Numbered from the stretch's first letter, positions 1 to 8,323 are shown. The stretch is 41,898 bases of DNA from an uncultured archaeon (GCA_964442255.1 CAYTYC010000012.1:1-41898); one strand, 5' to 3'. Numbers and translations are program-made. The notes: generated from the sequence alone by a model not told the origin.

Positions 1-1440
1 ATCGGTTCCACTGCCTTCAAACCCCTTTTGCCAGATTATGTTGCCGTTTTCTTGGCTGAGGGCAAAAAATTTTCCTTCCCAGGTTCCAACAAAAACCTTT
101 CCATAGCCCAAAGCAGCAGAAGCCGAAACTCCGGGCATCATTCCATCTGAAGCAATTTTTTTCTTCCAAATGAGGCTGCCATTTATTGAATTCACGGCAT
201 AAAAATATCCGTTTTCCGAGCCAAAGTAAACCGCCTCATTCAAAACAGCAGGGGCTGCATGGACCAGGTTGAGCTTGTTTTGGATTACATCAATTTCAAA
301 TCTCCACTTAATTGTTCCATTCTCCGGGTTTAAAGCATAAAGGTGACTCGGGTTATGCCCTGCACCATTGTTTTCTGTTCCAATGAACAAAAAGTTTCCG
401 TCAAAAGCGGGGGTGGAATGGATTACTTCTGCTCCGCTCAAGCGCGTTTTCCAAATTAACTCCCCGGATTCTGCTGAAACCGCATAAACGCTTCCTGAAT
501 CGTCTCCAACAAAAACTTTTTTGCCAACACAAAGCGGGAGAGAATGCGAAATTCCCTTCTCCGTCTCAAACTCCCACAAAAGGCTTCCGGTTTCTTTGTT
601 TAAAGCATAGAGCAAGCCTTCCTCAATTTTGATTCTGCTTGCTTCTCCATCTGAGCCAGGGGGTTCTTTGTTTGAAGTTACAAAAACTCTTTCTTCTCCT
701 GCACAAATTCCTCTTGGATAAAAACCGTTACGGCTCTCTGAATAACTCCATTTTTCTTCTCCGCTTTCAAGCCCAACAGCAAAAACCTTTTCGCTTGCAA
801 AAAAAACTGTTTTTTCAGAAACCACTGGCCAGACACTATCAAAATTTAGCATTCCAAAATGCCAGATTTCCTTTGCTTCGGAGGGAAGGTTTGAATCTGA
901 AAACCCCGTGCGTGCATTGTTTCCCTGAAAAGTTGGCCAACCAGTTTCAAATTCTGCGGGTGACAATTCTTGTTGCCGTTTTTCTTCTTTTGCATCCTCT
1001 TCAGTCTTAACATACGGGCCTTTGTTTTCATTTCTTCCAGTGTTTTCATCAGCAAGGCAGTCTGTGGGGCAGTTATGCGGGCTTTCAATCATGTTGTCGC
1101 AGAAGCCGTTCCCGCATTCTGAAGTGCAGTAACCAGCAAGGCTTGTTTCTTCCGGGCTTTTTGCAGGAATCAAGGAAAACCCTTCACAGCATTCCAGGTT
1201 TTCGCCAGAACGAACTTCGGCACTTTGGCCAAGGCACTCCTTCCGGGATTCGCATTCAAAAACACAGTTGCAGTCAGGGTATTCTCCGCTTATTTCCCAA
1301 TGCCCAACACACGCTACATGCGATTCCTTCATACAATATTCTTCACAACTGGTTTCCGAAAGAGGCGATTGCACGCAACCGGCTAAAGCTATCATCAACA
1401 AAACACACAAAATCCCCGAATTCATCACAAAAATAAGCAT
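1..1440 (-). CDS. Secreted/lipoprotein with N-terminal Cys-rich modules and C-terminal PQQ-type (BamB-like) beta-propeller repeats; 3' end runs off the window
   Basis: Manual translation gives an open frame from ATG 1440 (or 1425, about 25 bp below a TTAAATA box) to base 1. It reads signal peptide LALAGC, then CEEYC..H..CVGHWEISGEYPDCNC, CGNGFCD..ESPHNCPTDC, WPTFQGNNARTGF and repeats of LYALNxETGxLLWEF. Not in the ORF track because it has no stop in the window. Confidence 0.85.
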   Translation of the reverse strand, partial: MLIFVMNSGILCVLLMIALAGCVQSPLSETSCEEYCMKESHVACVGHWEISGEYPDCNCVFECESRKECLGQSAEVRSGENLECCEGFSLIPAKSPEETSLAGYCTSECGNGFCDNMIESPHNCPTDCLADENTGRNENKGPYVKTEEDAKEEKRQQELSPAEFETGWPTFQGNNARTGFSDSNLPSEAKEIWHFGMLNFDSVWPVVSEKTVFFASEKVFAVGLESGEEKWSYSESRNGFYPRGICAGEERVFVTSNKEPPGSDGEASRIKIEEGLLYALNKETGSLLWEFETEKGISHSLPLCVGKKVFVGDDSGSVYAVSAESGELIWKTRLSGAEVIHSTPAFDGNFLFIGTENNGAGHNPSHLYALNPENGTIKWRFEIDVIQNKLNLVHAAPAVLNEAVYFGSENGYFYAVNSINGSLIWKKKIASDGMMPGVSASAALGYGKVFVGTWEGKFFALSQENGNIIWQKGFEGSGTD

Positions 1441-1869
1441 TAAAACTATTTAATACTGTCCCTGCATCTTCTCTTGCTCCTAAAGTCCCCGAATTTTCCT
1501 ACTTTAGTAGCAAAGCCCCCGCATCTGCATCCCCTGCGACTTTTTTTTTATCGCCGAGGAATCGAGAAACTAACTTGACGAGCCCTGCACTTGCCCCAAC
1601 CCGGCAATGTTTAATTTAAATGAACGCAATTTTTTGGCTTTCATAATAACCTCAGAATTAAATGGTTTTAAAGAAAATTATTTTTTTCTCTTTGACCCGA
1701 AACCGATGCACTTTTTATTATCTGCCACCATAATTGCCATACGACGCCATAATAGGTGACTTCATTATTGCCCGAAAAAACGTGGGCGACGACGCCAATT
1801 AAATCATATCGGTTTAAGTAGCAAAAGAAGTGAATTTATGCGAACTAATTTTTTTAATGTAAACTGGCT

Positions 1870-2148
1870 TTACTGCGTTTGATTAATTTTTTGTATTTTG
1901 CGATGAAAGAGAACGATTATACGGGAGAGTATGTAAAGGAAAGCCGCATTAATTAAAAAATAGGGGTAAAAGATTGGCCAACCGCTTATGGCAAGAAACC
2001 AGCCGGATATTGAAAACACCAAGGGCATGTCTGAACTCACAAAATTAACGGATAAAAAGAGCAGGGCAGACCAAATAATCCAAATAGCAACTTTCTCTAG
2101 GTTGGGTTTCAAAGTCCTTTTAACCTGGCTTTTGTGGTCATGGTTCAC
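1870..2148 (-). CDS. Small membrane protein, hypothetical
   Basis: 92 aa with LKP..K followed by 2-3 hydrophobic segments; overlaps the toxin stop codon (operonic). Confidence 0.6.
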   Translation of the reverse strand: MNHDHKSQVKRTLKPNLEKVAIWIIWSALLFLSVNFVSSDMPLVFSISGWFLAISGWPIFYPYFLINAAFLYILSRIIVLFHRKIQKINQTQ

Positions 2149-2489
2149 TCAAGCCCCAAACTTGTTTTCAGTGCTTCGTCAATTTTGTGCATTGTAGTCG
2201 GTCTGAGCGTACCAATTTTCTTTATTACTCTGTCTTCTACGGAAATGCTTCTGATGTGATTGCACAGAACCAAGCCATCTAGTGGAAGGTTCCCTTCACC
2301 TTTTTGGACAAAAACTGTGAAGGGGTACTCTTTTTGTGTTTTTGATGTTATTGCAGCAACTATTGTTATAGGGCTTGCTTTGTTTCCCAAATCATTCTGG
2401 ACAACCAAGCAAGGCCTTGTTTTTCCCTGCTCTGAACCTTTAACTGGTTCCAAGTCTGTTAAGACAATGTCCCCTCTTTTAATAATCAT
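2145..2489 (-). CDS. mazF: PemK/MazF-family endoribonuclease toxin
   Basis: IKRGDIVLTDLEPVKGSEQGKTRPCLVVQND...ITIVAAITS; start refined to ATG 2489, overlapping the antitoxin stop. Confidence 0.92.
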   Translation of the reverse strand: MIIKRGDIVLTDLEPVKGSEQGKTRPCLVVQNDLGNKASPITIVAAITSKTQKEYPFTVFVQKGEGNLPLDGLVLCNHIRSISVEDRVIKKIGTLRPTTMHKIDEALKTSLGLE

Positions 2490-2745
2490 CCAGCCTCGCA
2501 TCCGCTTCCTGGCTAACGTACTTCATTTCTTCCGCCAGTTCCTTGTCCAACTTTGCCATTTTCTTATACCCTTCAATCATAAGCCTTTCCTTTTCCTTTT
2601 TGCTCATGGTTTTTTCTACAACAATTCTGCCGTTCTCTATTTTAACAATCACTTTATCCTTGCTTTTTAGCTTCTCCTTCTCTCTGATTGTTTTTGGCAG
2701 AGTAATCTGCCCCCTTTCTCCAACAGTTGTTATACTTTCATACAT
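2479..2745 (-). CDS. mazE: AbrB/MazE/SpoVT-family antitoxin
   Basis: TTVGERGQITLPKTIREK swapped-hairpin motif, acidic C-terminus, directly upstream of the toxin. Confidence 0.88.
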   Translation of the reverse strand: MYESITTVGERGQITLPKTIREKEKLKSKDKVIVKIENGRIVVEKTMSKKEKERLMIEGYKKMAKLDKELAEEMKYVSQEADARLDDY

Positions 2746-3047
2746 ACAATCACCAACATAACTTTTACATATTAATTCATGCTCAAAACATATTTAAACA
2801 TGCGCTTACAATTTCTTCTTTATAAATAGCCAAACCCATCTGTAAATAATCACGGGAAAAGCTTTTCCGTCTTTAGTCGTCTCCGGTTTTGGTCTTGAGC
2901 GATTGACAATGGTTAAAAAACGAACTATTTATTGTCTCTTTACAAAAAACGGGCAAAAGAATTTTGAAAATTGGTGCTAACACCTACGTTTTTTGGAACA
3001 ATTACCCCATCATCGCCTAACACATCGGGCAATAACTGGTTAAAAGT

Positions 3048-3974
3048 TTATGGTTTTTGCTTGTTTCTGGTCTCTTCTGCCAATTCGTTCAATTCTCTCA
3101 GGGTTTTGCTGGCAAATTTTTCAAACCCTTTGCCTGGCTCTTCTATCATCAGGCGTTCTTCTTCGCCAAGCCTGAATTTTTCTTCAAATTTCTTGTTTTT
3201 CAGGTTTTCCCCGTATTTGAGGTATTTTAGCATGAACCCGGTTTTTTCTATTGCCATTTTCTTTGCTTTTTGTATTGTAATCCCTTTTTTGGCCAGATAG
3301 TGCAGGTCGATGATGTCTCTTGCCTTGAATCCTCTTCTTGTAAGCAGGGCTCTTATTTTTTCTGCCGCAATTTCCCTGAGATCGTAACAGTGGAATGTTG
3401 AAGCACTGGTGGCCATTGCAGCATATGTTGGGTAAAGGTAGTTGAAGTCTTCAGCATGTTTTTCAGCTATTGCTTTTAGTTTGTGCCTTTCTGGCTCGTG
3501 GAATATTTTGTCAACAAAATTCAGTTGTATTTTTATGAATGTTTTTCTTTCCTCAGTGGTTGGCAAGTACCATAGTTTGAATGTTGCAAACCTGTTGCTT
3601 CCGCCTAACTGAATGTAGTGCCTGTCTGACTTGACTGGCTTGAATTCCAGAGCCAGTTCTTTTGCTGTTTTTTCAATTATTTCCATTATTTCGCTGATTT
3701 CTTTTGAGAGCATTTTCCTTATCTGTTTCTCTGACTTGCCTTCGAACGCTTTCTGTTTTATCCATGTAAAGTCAAGGTCTTCCGAGAAACGATAGTACCC
3801 AAAGTATGCTTTGGTCAGGCAGGTTCCGCCTTTGAATACAAATTTTTCTGAAAAATAGTCTGATTTTGAAAGCCGCAACAGCAGGCCCTGCAGCAAAAGG
3901 TCTTTTTCAATTAACCGGGTGCTTTTTATTTGGAGTTTTTCTGCCAGCCAGTTTAATGTTTCCTCTTTAATCAT
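3048..3974 (-). CDS. abiEii: AbiEii/AbiGii-family nucleotidyltransferase toxin (type IV TA)
   Basis: IEKDLL, FVFKGGTCL, YYRFSEDLDF, AEKIRAL..R...RDIIDL motifs. Confidence 0.9.
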   Translation of the reverse strand: MIKEETLNWLAEKLQIKSTRLIEKDLLLQGLLLRLSKSDYFSEKFVFKGGTCLTKAYFGYYRFSEDLDFTWIKQKAFEGKSEKQIRKMLSKEISEIMEIIEKTAKELALEFKPVKSDRHYIQLGGSNRFATFKLWYLPTTEERKTFIKIQLNFVDKIFHEPERHKLKAIAEKHAEDFNYLYPTYAAMATSASTFHCYDLREIAAEKIRALLTRRGFKARDIIDLHYLAKKGITIQKAKKMAIEKTGFMLKYLKYGENLKNKKFEEKFRLGEEERLMIEEPGKGFEKFASKTLRELNELAEETRNKQKP

Positions 3975-4023
3975 TCAAAATTCCTCCAGAATTTTGAATA
4001 TTTCAAAAAACAGTTTTTTGAAA
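3974..4023. promoter_or_regulatory. Two back-to-back perfect inverted repeats filling the abiEi-abiEii spacer
   Basis: TTCAAAATTC-5nt-GAATTTTGAA (3974-3998) and TTTCAAAAAAC-1nt-GTTTTTTGAAA (4001-4023). Confidence 0.7.
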
Positions 4024-4656
4024 TCATTTCAATTCCTCTAAAACGCTTCTTACTGATTTGCCATAATGCCTTGAGTATTTTTTCATTTTGTTTTTGTCTG
4101 TTTCATCTGCCCATTCGATTACATAATCCCTTATCGTCTTATTGCTTTCTCCGGCATATTTTCGTATGTGGATTATGTCAAGGATTGTTTTTTCCAGGTC
4201 TGAATAAGGTGTGTTTTTGGTTTTCTTTATTCCGAATCCAAATAGTTTCTTGTTTAATTTCACAAACTTGACTTTTCTCTCCAGAATCTTTATTGGCTTT
4301 GCTCGGAATATTTTGTCCGAAACAATGTAATCAATTGTAAAAAACTCATGGGTAATGTTGTTCAGTTTTATTGCGCTCTCCAGCCCAAAATACCAGTTTT
4401 TTACTTTTTTGTATTCCATTGCTTTGGAGATTGCTTCGTAAAAGTTTGGGCCGCCTGTTTTGTATTTCCTTTCCTCCACAGTCGGGATGTAGAAGAAACC
4501 CCTCACAATTCGCTTTAGGTAGTTGTAGAGATACAGGTATTTGATTGCCTTTTTGTATGGCATGCCAATCTTGGCACACTCCTCTTTTATCCCCTCGCCT
4601 GAAATATACCTGTTTTTTCTCAGCAAGAGTTTCCTTACGAAAAGCCCATATTTCAT
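4024..4656 (-). CDS. abiEi: AbiEi-like antitoxin / transcriptional regulator
   Basis: N-terminal wHTH-like (YLKRIVRGFFY), WYFGLESA...N, YSDLEKTILD; upstream of abiEii. Confidence 0.8.
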   Translation of the reverse strand: MKYGLFVRKLLLRKNRYISGEGIKEECAKIGMPYKKAIKYLYLYNYLKRIVRGFFYIPTVEERKYKTGGPNFYEAISKAMEYKKVKNWYFGLESAIKLNNITHEFFTIDYIVSDKIFRAKPIKILERKVKFVKLNKKLFGFGIKKTKNTPYSDLEKTILDIIHIRKYAGESNKTIRDYVIEWADETDKNKMKKYSRHYGKSVRSVLEELK

Positions 4657-4878
4657 TTATATCACTATTCTATTACTATGATAGAATTATAATATAAATG
4701 TATCGGGCTTCAGAAGCAATCTTAGGCTGACAAAACCAAGCAAAACAGTTAGCCCAATTATTCTTTTTCAAATTTTATCAAAGCGTCAATGCCGGCCAGC
4801 TGCCATGCTTCCGCTTCTTTTTTCATTTCAGCGAATTGCTTTTTTGTTGGTTTTTTTCGCTTCTTTTTAGCAGGCAGT

Positions 4879-5019
4879 TTATTTTTTCCTTTTCTGCCGG
4901 TAATCCGCCAGCTTGTTTATTACATCATCGTAGGTATCGCCTTTTTTGCCTAACTCCATTAGCCTGTTTCTGGTTTTCTTTTCAAGCTGGATTGTTGTTA
5001 CCCCGTCACGACTTGGCAT
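4879..5019 (-). CDS. Small ribbon-helix-helix (antitoxin-like) protein
   Basis: 46 aa MPSRDGVTTIQLEKKTRNRLMELGKKGDTYDDVINKL; GAGG SD before ATG 5019. Confidence 0.7.
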   Translation of the reverse strand: MPSRDGVTTIQLEKKTRNRLMELGKKGDTYDDVINKLADYRQKRKK

Positions 5020-5035
5020 TCTTAAAACCTCTTTA

Positions 5036-5083
5036 TCAGCCTTTTGGAAAAAGGCTGGCGAAAAAAAACAAAGCCCGGCTTTG
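5036..5083. repeat. REP-like palindromic repeat copy
   Basis: CAGCCTTTT-GGA-AAAAGGCTG then CAAAGC-CCG-GCTTTG; 5036-5059 matches 27757-27780 at 23/24. Confidence 0.75.
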
Positions 5084-5383
5084 CCTCGCTTTATAAAGGA
5101 CATTTACTATGGGAACTATTTATGCTCCTGGCGAATTTTTCTTCAAAATCCTGAAACCTGCTACCACAAATATAAAGGGGAATGTGTGCGGTTTCTTTGT
5201 CGCCAGTACGAAAGGAGTTTAATTGGCGGTTATTTTTGGAGGGGGTTGAGGTGAGTCATTCTGGCGCACTAAAGACGGGTTACTCAAAAGCAGAAATAAA
5301 TGCGTTCAAAACGCAAATGTAGACGGAAAAAGATTTGGAATACCTGGAACTTGAAGTTATTGAATAGCTTTGAATAATCAAAT

Positions 5384-5854
5384 TCAGCACGTGGCTTTCC
5401 CGTGCTTTTCCGGGTAATCCTGGTGGTATTCCTCTGCCTCAAAAAACTTTCCCGCAGGAACAATCTCTGTCACAATTTTTCCGGAAAACTTTTCCGGTTC
5501 CTGCAATTCTTTTTTTGACTTCAACGCCGTCTCTTTCTGCTCTTCGCTGTGGAAAAAAACCGCGGACCTGTACTGCCCCCCCACATCAGGCCCCTGGCGG
5601 TTCACCTGCAGGGGGTCATGTATTCTCCAGAAAACTTTCAGCAGTTCTTCAAAAGAAACTTTCCCTGAATCAAACTCGACTTCCACTGCCTCGGCGTGCC
5701 CTGTTTTCCCGGAGCAGACTTCCCCATAGGAAGGGGTTTCCGTATTCCCTCCCGTGTAGCCCACCGTAGTGGACAAAACGCCTTCCACTTCCTTGAACGC
5801 AGCCTCAACCCCCCAAAAGCATCCCGCGGCAAAAGTCGCCTTTTCTTTGCTCAT
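5384..5854 (-). CDS. msrA: Peptide-methionine (S)-S-oxide reductase
   Basis: FAAGCFWGVE, GYTGG, TGHAEAV, QYRSAVF, AEEYHQDY. Confidence 0.97.
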   Translation of the reverse strand: MSKEKATFAAGCFWGVEAAFKEVEGVLSTTVGYTGGNTETPSYGEVCSGKTGHAEAVEVEFDSGKVSFEELLKVFWRIHDPLQVNRQGPDVGGQYRSAVFFHSEEQKETALKSKKELQEPEKFSGKIVTEIVPAGKFFEAEEYHQDYPEKHGKATC

Positions 5855-6237
5855 TTTTCCCCATCCTTTTTGAATTCCAGCGCACAGGAGTTAATGCAGT
5901 ACCGTTTCCCTGTTTCAGTCGGCCCGTCATTGAACACGTGCCCGAGATGGCTTCCGCACTTCGGGCACTTAACCCCAGTCCTTTTCATCCAAAGGCTTTT
6001 GTCTTCCCCTGTTTCCACGCTTCCCTTTTTGGCAGGGGCATCAAAACCCGGCCACCCTGTTCCCGAGTCAAATTTTGCCTTTGAGGAAAAAAGCGTGTGC
6101 CCGCAGGCCGCGCAACTGTAAACGCCGTTTTCTTTATTATGCAAAAGCTTTCCGGTAAAAGGAAGTTCGGTTCCCTTTTCACGCAGCACTTTGTACTGCT
6201 TCGGTGAAAGCTTTTTTTTGAATTCTTCTTCATTCAT
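5851..6237 (-). CDS. msrB: Peptide-methionine (R)-S-oxide reductase
   Basis: CAACG, KFDSGTGWPGF, CPKCGSHLGHVFNDGP, RYCINS. Confidence 0.97.
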   Translation of the reverse strand: MNEEEFKKKLSPKQYKVLREKGTELPFTGKLLHNKENGVYSCAACGHTLFSSKAKFDSGTGWPGFDAPAKKGSVETGEDKSLWMKRTGVKCPKCGSHLGHVFNDGPTETGKRYCINSCALEFKKDGEK

Positions 6238-6246
6238 TTAATTGCC

Positions 6247-6822
6247 TCACAGTTTCCTGCTGTCGTAAGCCCAGTGCAAAACAGCCTGCCTCTGCTTTCT
6301 CCTGCATTCAAAGTCGCCTTTTTTGCAGTTTTTTTTGATTTGCGCCAAATGCCTTTTGATTGCCTTCCACCTTTTTACCTGCCTTTCATCGTCTTTGCCC
6401 CTTCTCCCCAAATAATACCTGCAGTACCACTGAAACCTGGCTCAGAAGCAAGCACCAGTTTTGAATTTAAACCTTCTCCCCAAATAATACCTGCAGTACC
6501 ACTGAAACCATCCCCTTGGGTCTTCCCAGTAAATCCAGCCCTTTTTTTTCCACACACTCAATGGCTGTGAGGCGTTTAACCCGAAAAAATTCAGTTCCGG
6601 GTCGTGTTTTTCCGGGCAAAGCTTTGCCTTTTCAAACCAGTTTTCAGGGAATTCTTTTCCGCAGTCAGTCATATACTTTCCGCCGAACACGCCCAGTGCA
6701 AGCATCTGCTTTGGCGTCAGCTCCGGCTTAAACTCCGGGTCAAAGTTTTTTCCCGCCGGTTCGGTTAAATGGTAAACGTAATTTTTCTGCATTTTGTCGT
6801 TCACAACGACTTTTTTCTTCAT
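6247..6822 (-). pseudogene. Conserved hypothetical gene interrupted by a 72-bp in-frame insertion containing TGA
   Basis: LTPKQML.LGVFGGKY ... [17 protein letters not shown], then the insert and a duplicated [12 protein letters not shown]. The same frame continues [17 protein letters not shown]...[13 protein letters not shown] to TGA at 6247. Confidence 0.85.
6400..6509 (+). repeat. Exact 38-bp direct repeat (6400-6437, 6472-6509) flanking a 34-bp unique insert
   Basis: CCTTCTCCCCAAATAATACCTGCAGTACCACTGAAACC occurs twice; the flanking bases differ. Confidence 0.95.
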
Positions 6823-6830
6823 TCAACCAC

Positions 6831-7052
6831 TTAAACGCAGGCCGCCGCGGCCAGGATTCCGTGGACAACAGCCAAAGCCAGGGAAAGCCCAGCCAACCGA
6901 ATGTGCCATTTAAGTTGAATGCCTGCCTTTCCCTTGTGAATCAAATGCCCGGGTATTGCTGTGGCAAACGCCGGGGAAATTGTTGCAATTCCAAGCCAAA
7001 AAACCACGGGCTTTCCCAAAACCAGAAAATACCCTGTCTCCGTTAAAGCCAT
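6831..7052 (-). CDS. Small two-helix membrane protein with H-X13-H motif
   Basis: 73 aa hydrophobic; KWH(50)...H(64)G; operonic spacing of 8-10 bp. Confidence 0.7.
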   Translation of the reverse strand: MALTETGYFLVLGKPVVFWLGIATISPAFATAIPGHLIHKGKAGIQLKWHIRLAGLSLALAVVHGILAAAACV

Positions 7053-7062
7053 GCATTCACCT

Positions 7063-7446
7063 TCAGCTTACGGTGAGGGTTCCCTTCATTCCCTGTTCCC
7101 TGTGCCCCGGAACACTGCAGTAAAAAGCGTAATCGCCTTCCTCTGAAGCCGTGAAAAACACGGTTTCCTCTGCCTGGGAGGAAATGATGTTTGTGGAAAC
7201 ACCGAATTCGTCTATCACTAAATTGTGTCCAACCCTTCCCGTGTTCCTGAAAACAATTTTCACTTTTTCGCCTTTTTCAACAGAAATCGTTTCAGGGGAA
7301 TAGGCAAACTCAAATCCTTCCACCACGATTTCCCTGTCAAAGCTTTCCCCGCCGTTGCCTGAACCGTTTCCGGCAGGAGGCTGCGCGCAGCCCAGCAAAA
7401 TAAGTGAAGCAAAAAGAAAAAAAGCAGGAAGAAATTTTCTGTGCAA
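7063..7446 (-). CDS. Cupredoxin (plastocyanin/azurin-like) lipoprotein
   Basis: LLGC lipobox-like, GHNL, FYCSVPGHREQGMKG type-1 copper ligands; AGGAGG SD before TTG. Confidence 0.9.
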   Translation of the reverse strand: MHRKFLPAFFLFASLILLGCAQPPAGNGSGNGGESFDREIVVEGFEFAYSPETISVEKGEKVKIVFRNTGRVGHNLVIDEFGVSTNIISSQAEETVFFTASEEGDYAFYCSVPGHREQGMKGTLTVS

Positions 7447-7459
7447 GAAAACCCCTCCT

Positions 7460-8173
7460 TTACGCCCTCAGGGAAAACAATTTCCTTGAAAGCACGTAAT
7501 TTTTGTCAACGCTGACTGCGCCGCCTGGAATAAAGTTCTCCAGCCTTGCAAGCAAGGTGGTAAAGCCGACGTATGAAACGCTTATTCCTGCAGCAAACAA
7601 AATCCTTTCGGCCGCGACAACCGGAATCAGCAATAACCAGGCTTCAGCAGGCATTGGCACAGTGTAAAGCCAGAGCGTTGAGCCAATTGCATGCGCGGTG
7701 AAGGTTGCGCCCAAACTCCTTAAAAACAGCCTTTTGGGGAAAAATTTTGCCGCAAGCGGAATCAGCCAGTACAGGGAATAAAACCACACACTCCCCCCGA
7801 TTGGGTGAAGCATGAACAAACCCATGCAAACCAACGGAATAATTGCACTCAGATTCCCTTTAACGCTTTTAATCCTGGTTCCAAAGTAAAGCGCCGCAAA
7901 AAGCATCGGCGCAAGCCTCATTACATTCACCAGTCCAGGCGTTTTTCCAGTCAGGGCAAAGTTGCCTGCTTCAGCCAAAAGCACTGAAGTCGCGCCAACC
8001 ACGGGCCCCAAAAAAGCGCCCGCAATAGGCCCAAAGAACTGGAACAAAGTGAAGTACTGCGCGTCCGCGCCGATAACCGAAGAAAAGTTTATCTGGTAGC
8101 CTATAAGGGCCAAAACAGAGAACAAAACCAAAAACAAAATTTTTTTTCTGGTGAAAACCTCATTCAACCTCAT
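7460..8173 (-). CDS. ECF transporter S-component-like membrane protein
   Basis: 6-7 TM helices; FGPIAGAFLGPVVG resembles the S-component helix motif. Confidence 0.55.
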   Translation of the reverse strand: MRLNEVFTRKKILFLVLFSVLALIGYQINFSSVIGADAQYFTLFQFFGPIAGAFLGPVVGATSVLLAEAGNFALTGKTPGLVNVMRLAPMLFAALYFGTRIKSVKGNLSAIIPLVCMGLFMLHPIGGSVWFYSLYWLIPLAAKFFPKRLFLRSLGATFTAHAIGSTLWLYTVPMPAEAWLLLIPVVAAERILFAAGISVSYVGFTTLLARLENFIPGGAVSVDKNYVLSRKLFSLRA

Positions 8174-8323
8174 TATTTCCCTCCCTGGTTAACTACAGTT
8201 TACAGGAGAGAAAATGCATAAAAAGCTTTTGCGAAGCCTTCACCAAGCTTTCCTTTTGGATAGTAGGCAGGCAAAACAACCTTTAAAACGTTTTTCTCTC
8301 CACTTGCTTTGGAGGCGAAAAAA

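Noticed and set aside
639-1453. Track ORFs 639-1010, 846-1088, 1143-1436, 1268-1453
   Set aside because: Shadows of the true minus-strand gene 1-1440
1700-1815. Fluoride riboswitch
   Set aside because: Partial TAATGA...CCTA similarity only; the 5' consensus is missing and no fluoride exporter follows
6442-6444. Selenocysteine or UGA recoding
   Set aside because: The TGA is inside the insert, and TGA is a normal stop for msrA, msrB, tkt and purF
6400-6509. Functional CRISPR array
   Set aside because: Only two repeats, the repeat is coding sequence of a conserved gene, and there is no leader or cas gene; kept only as an integration-scar hypothesis
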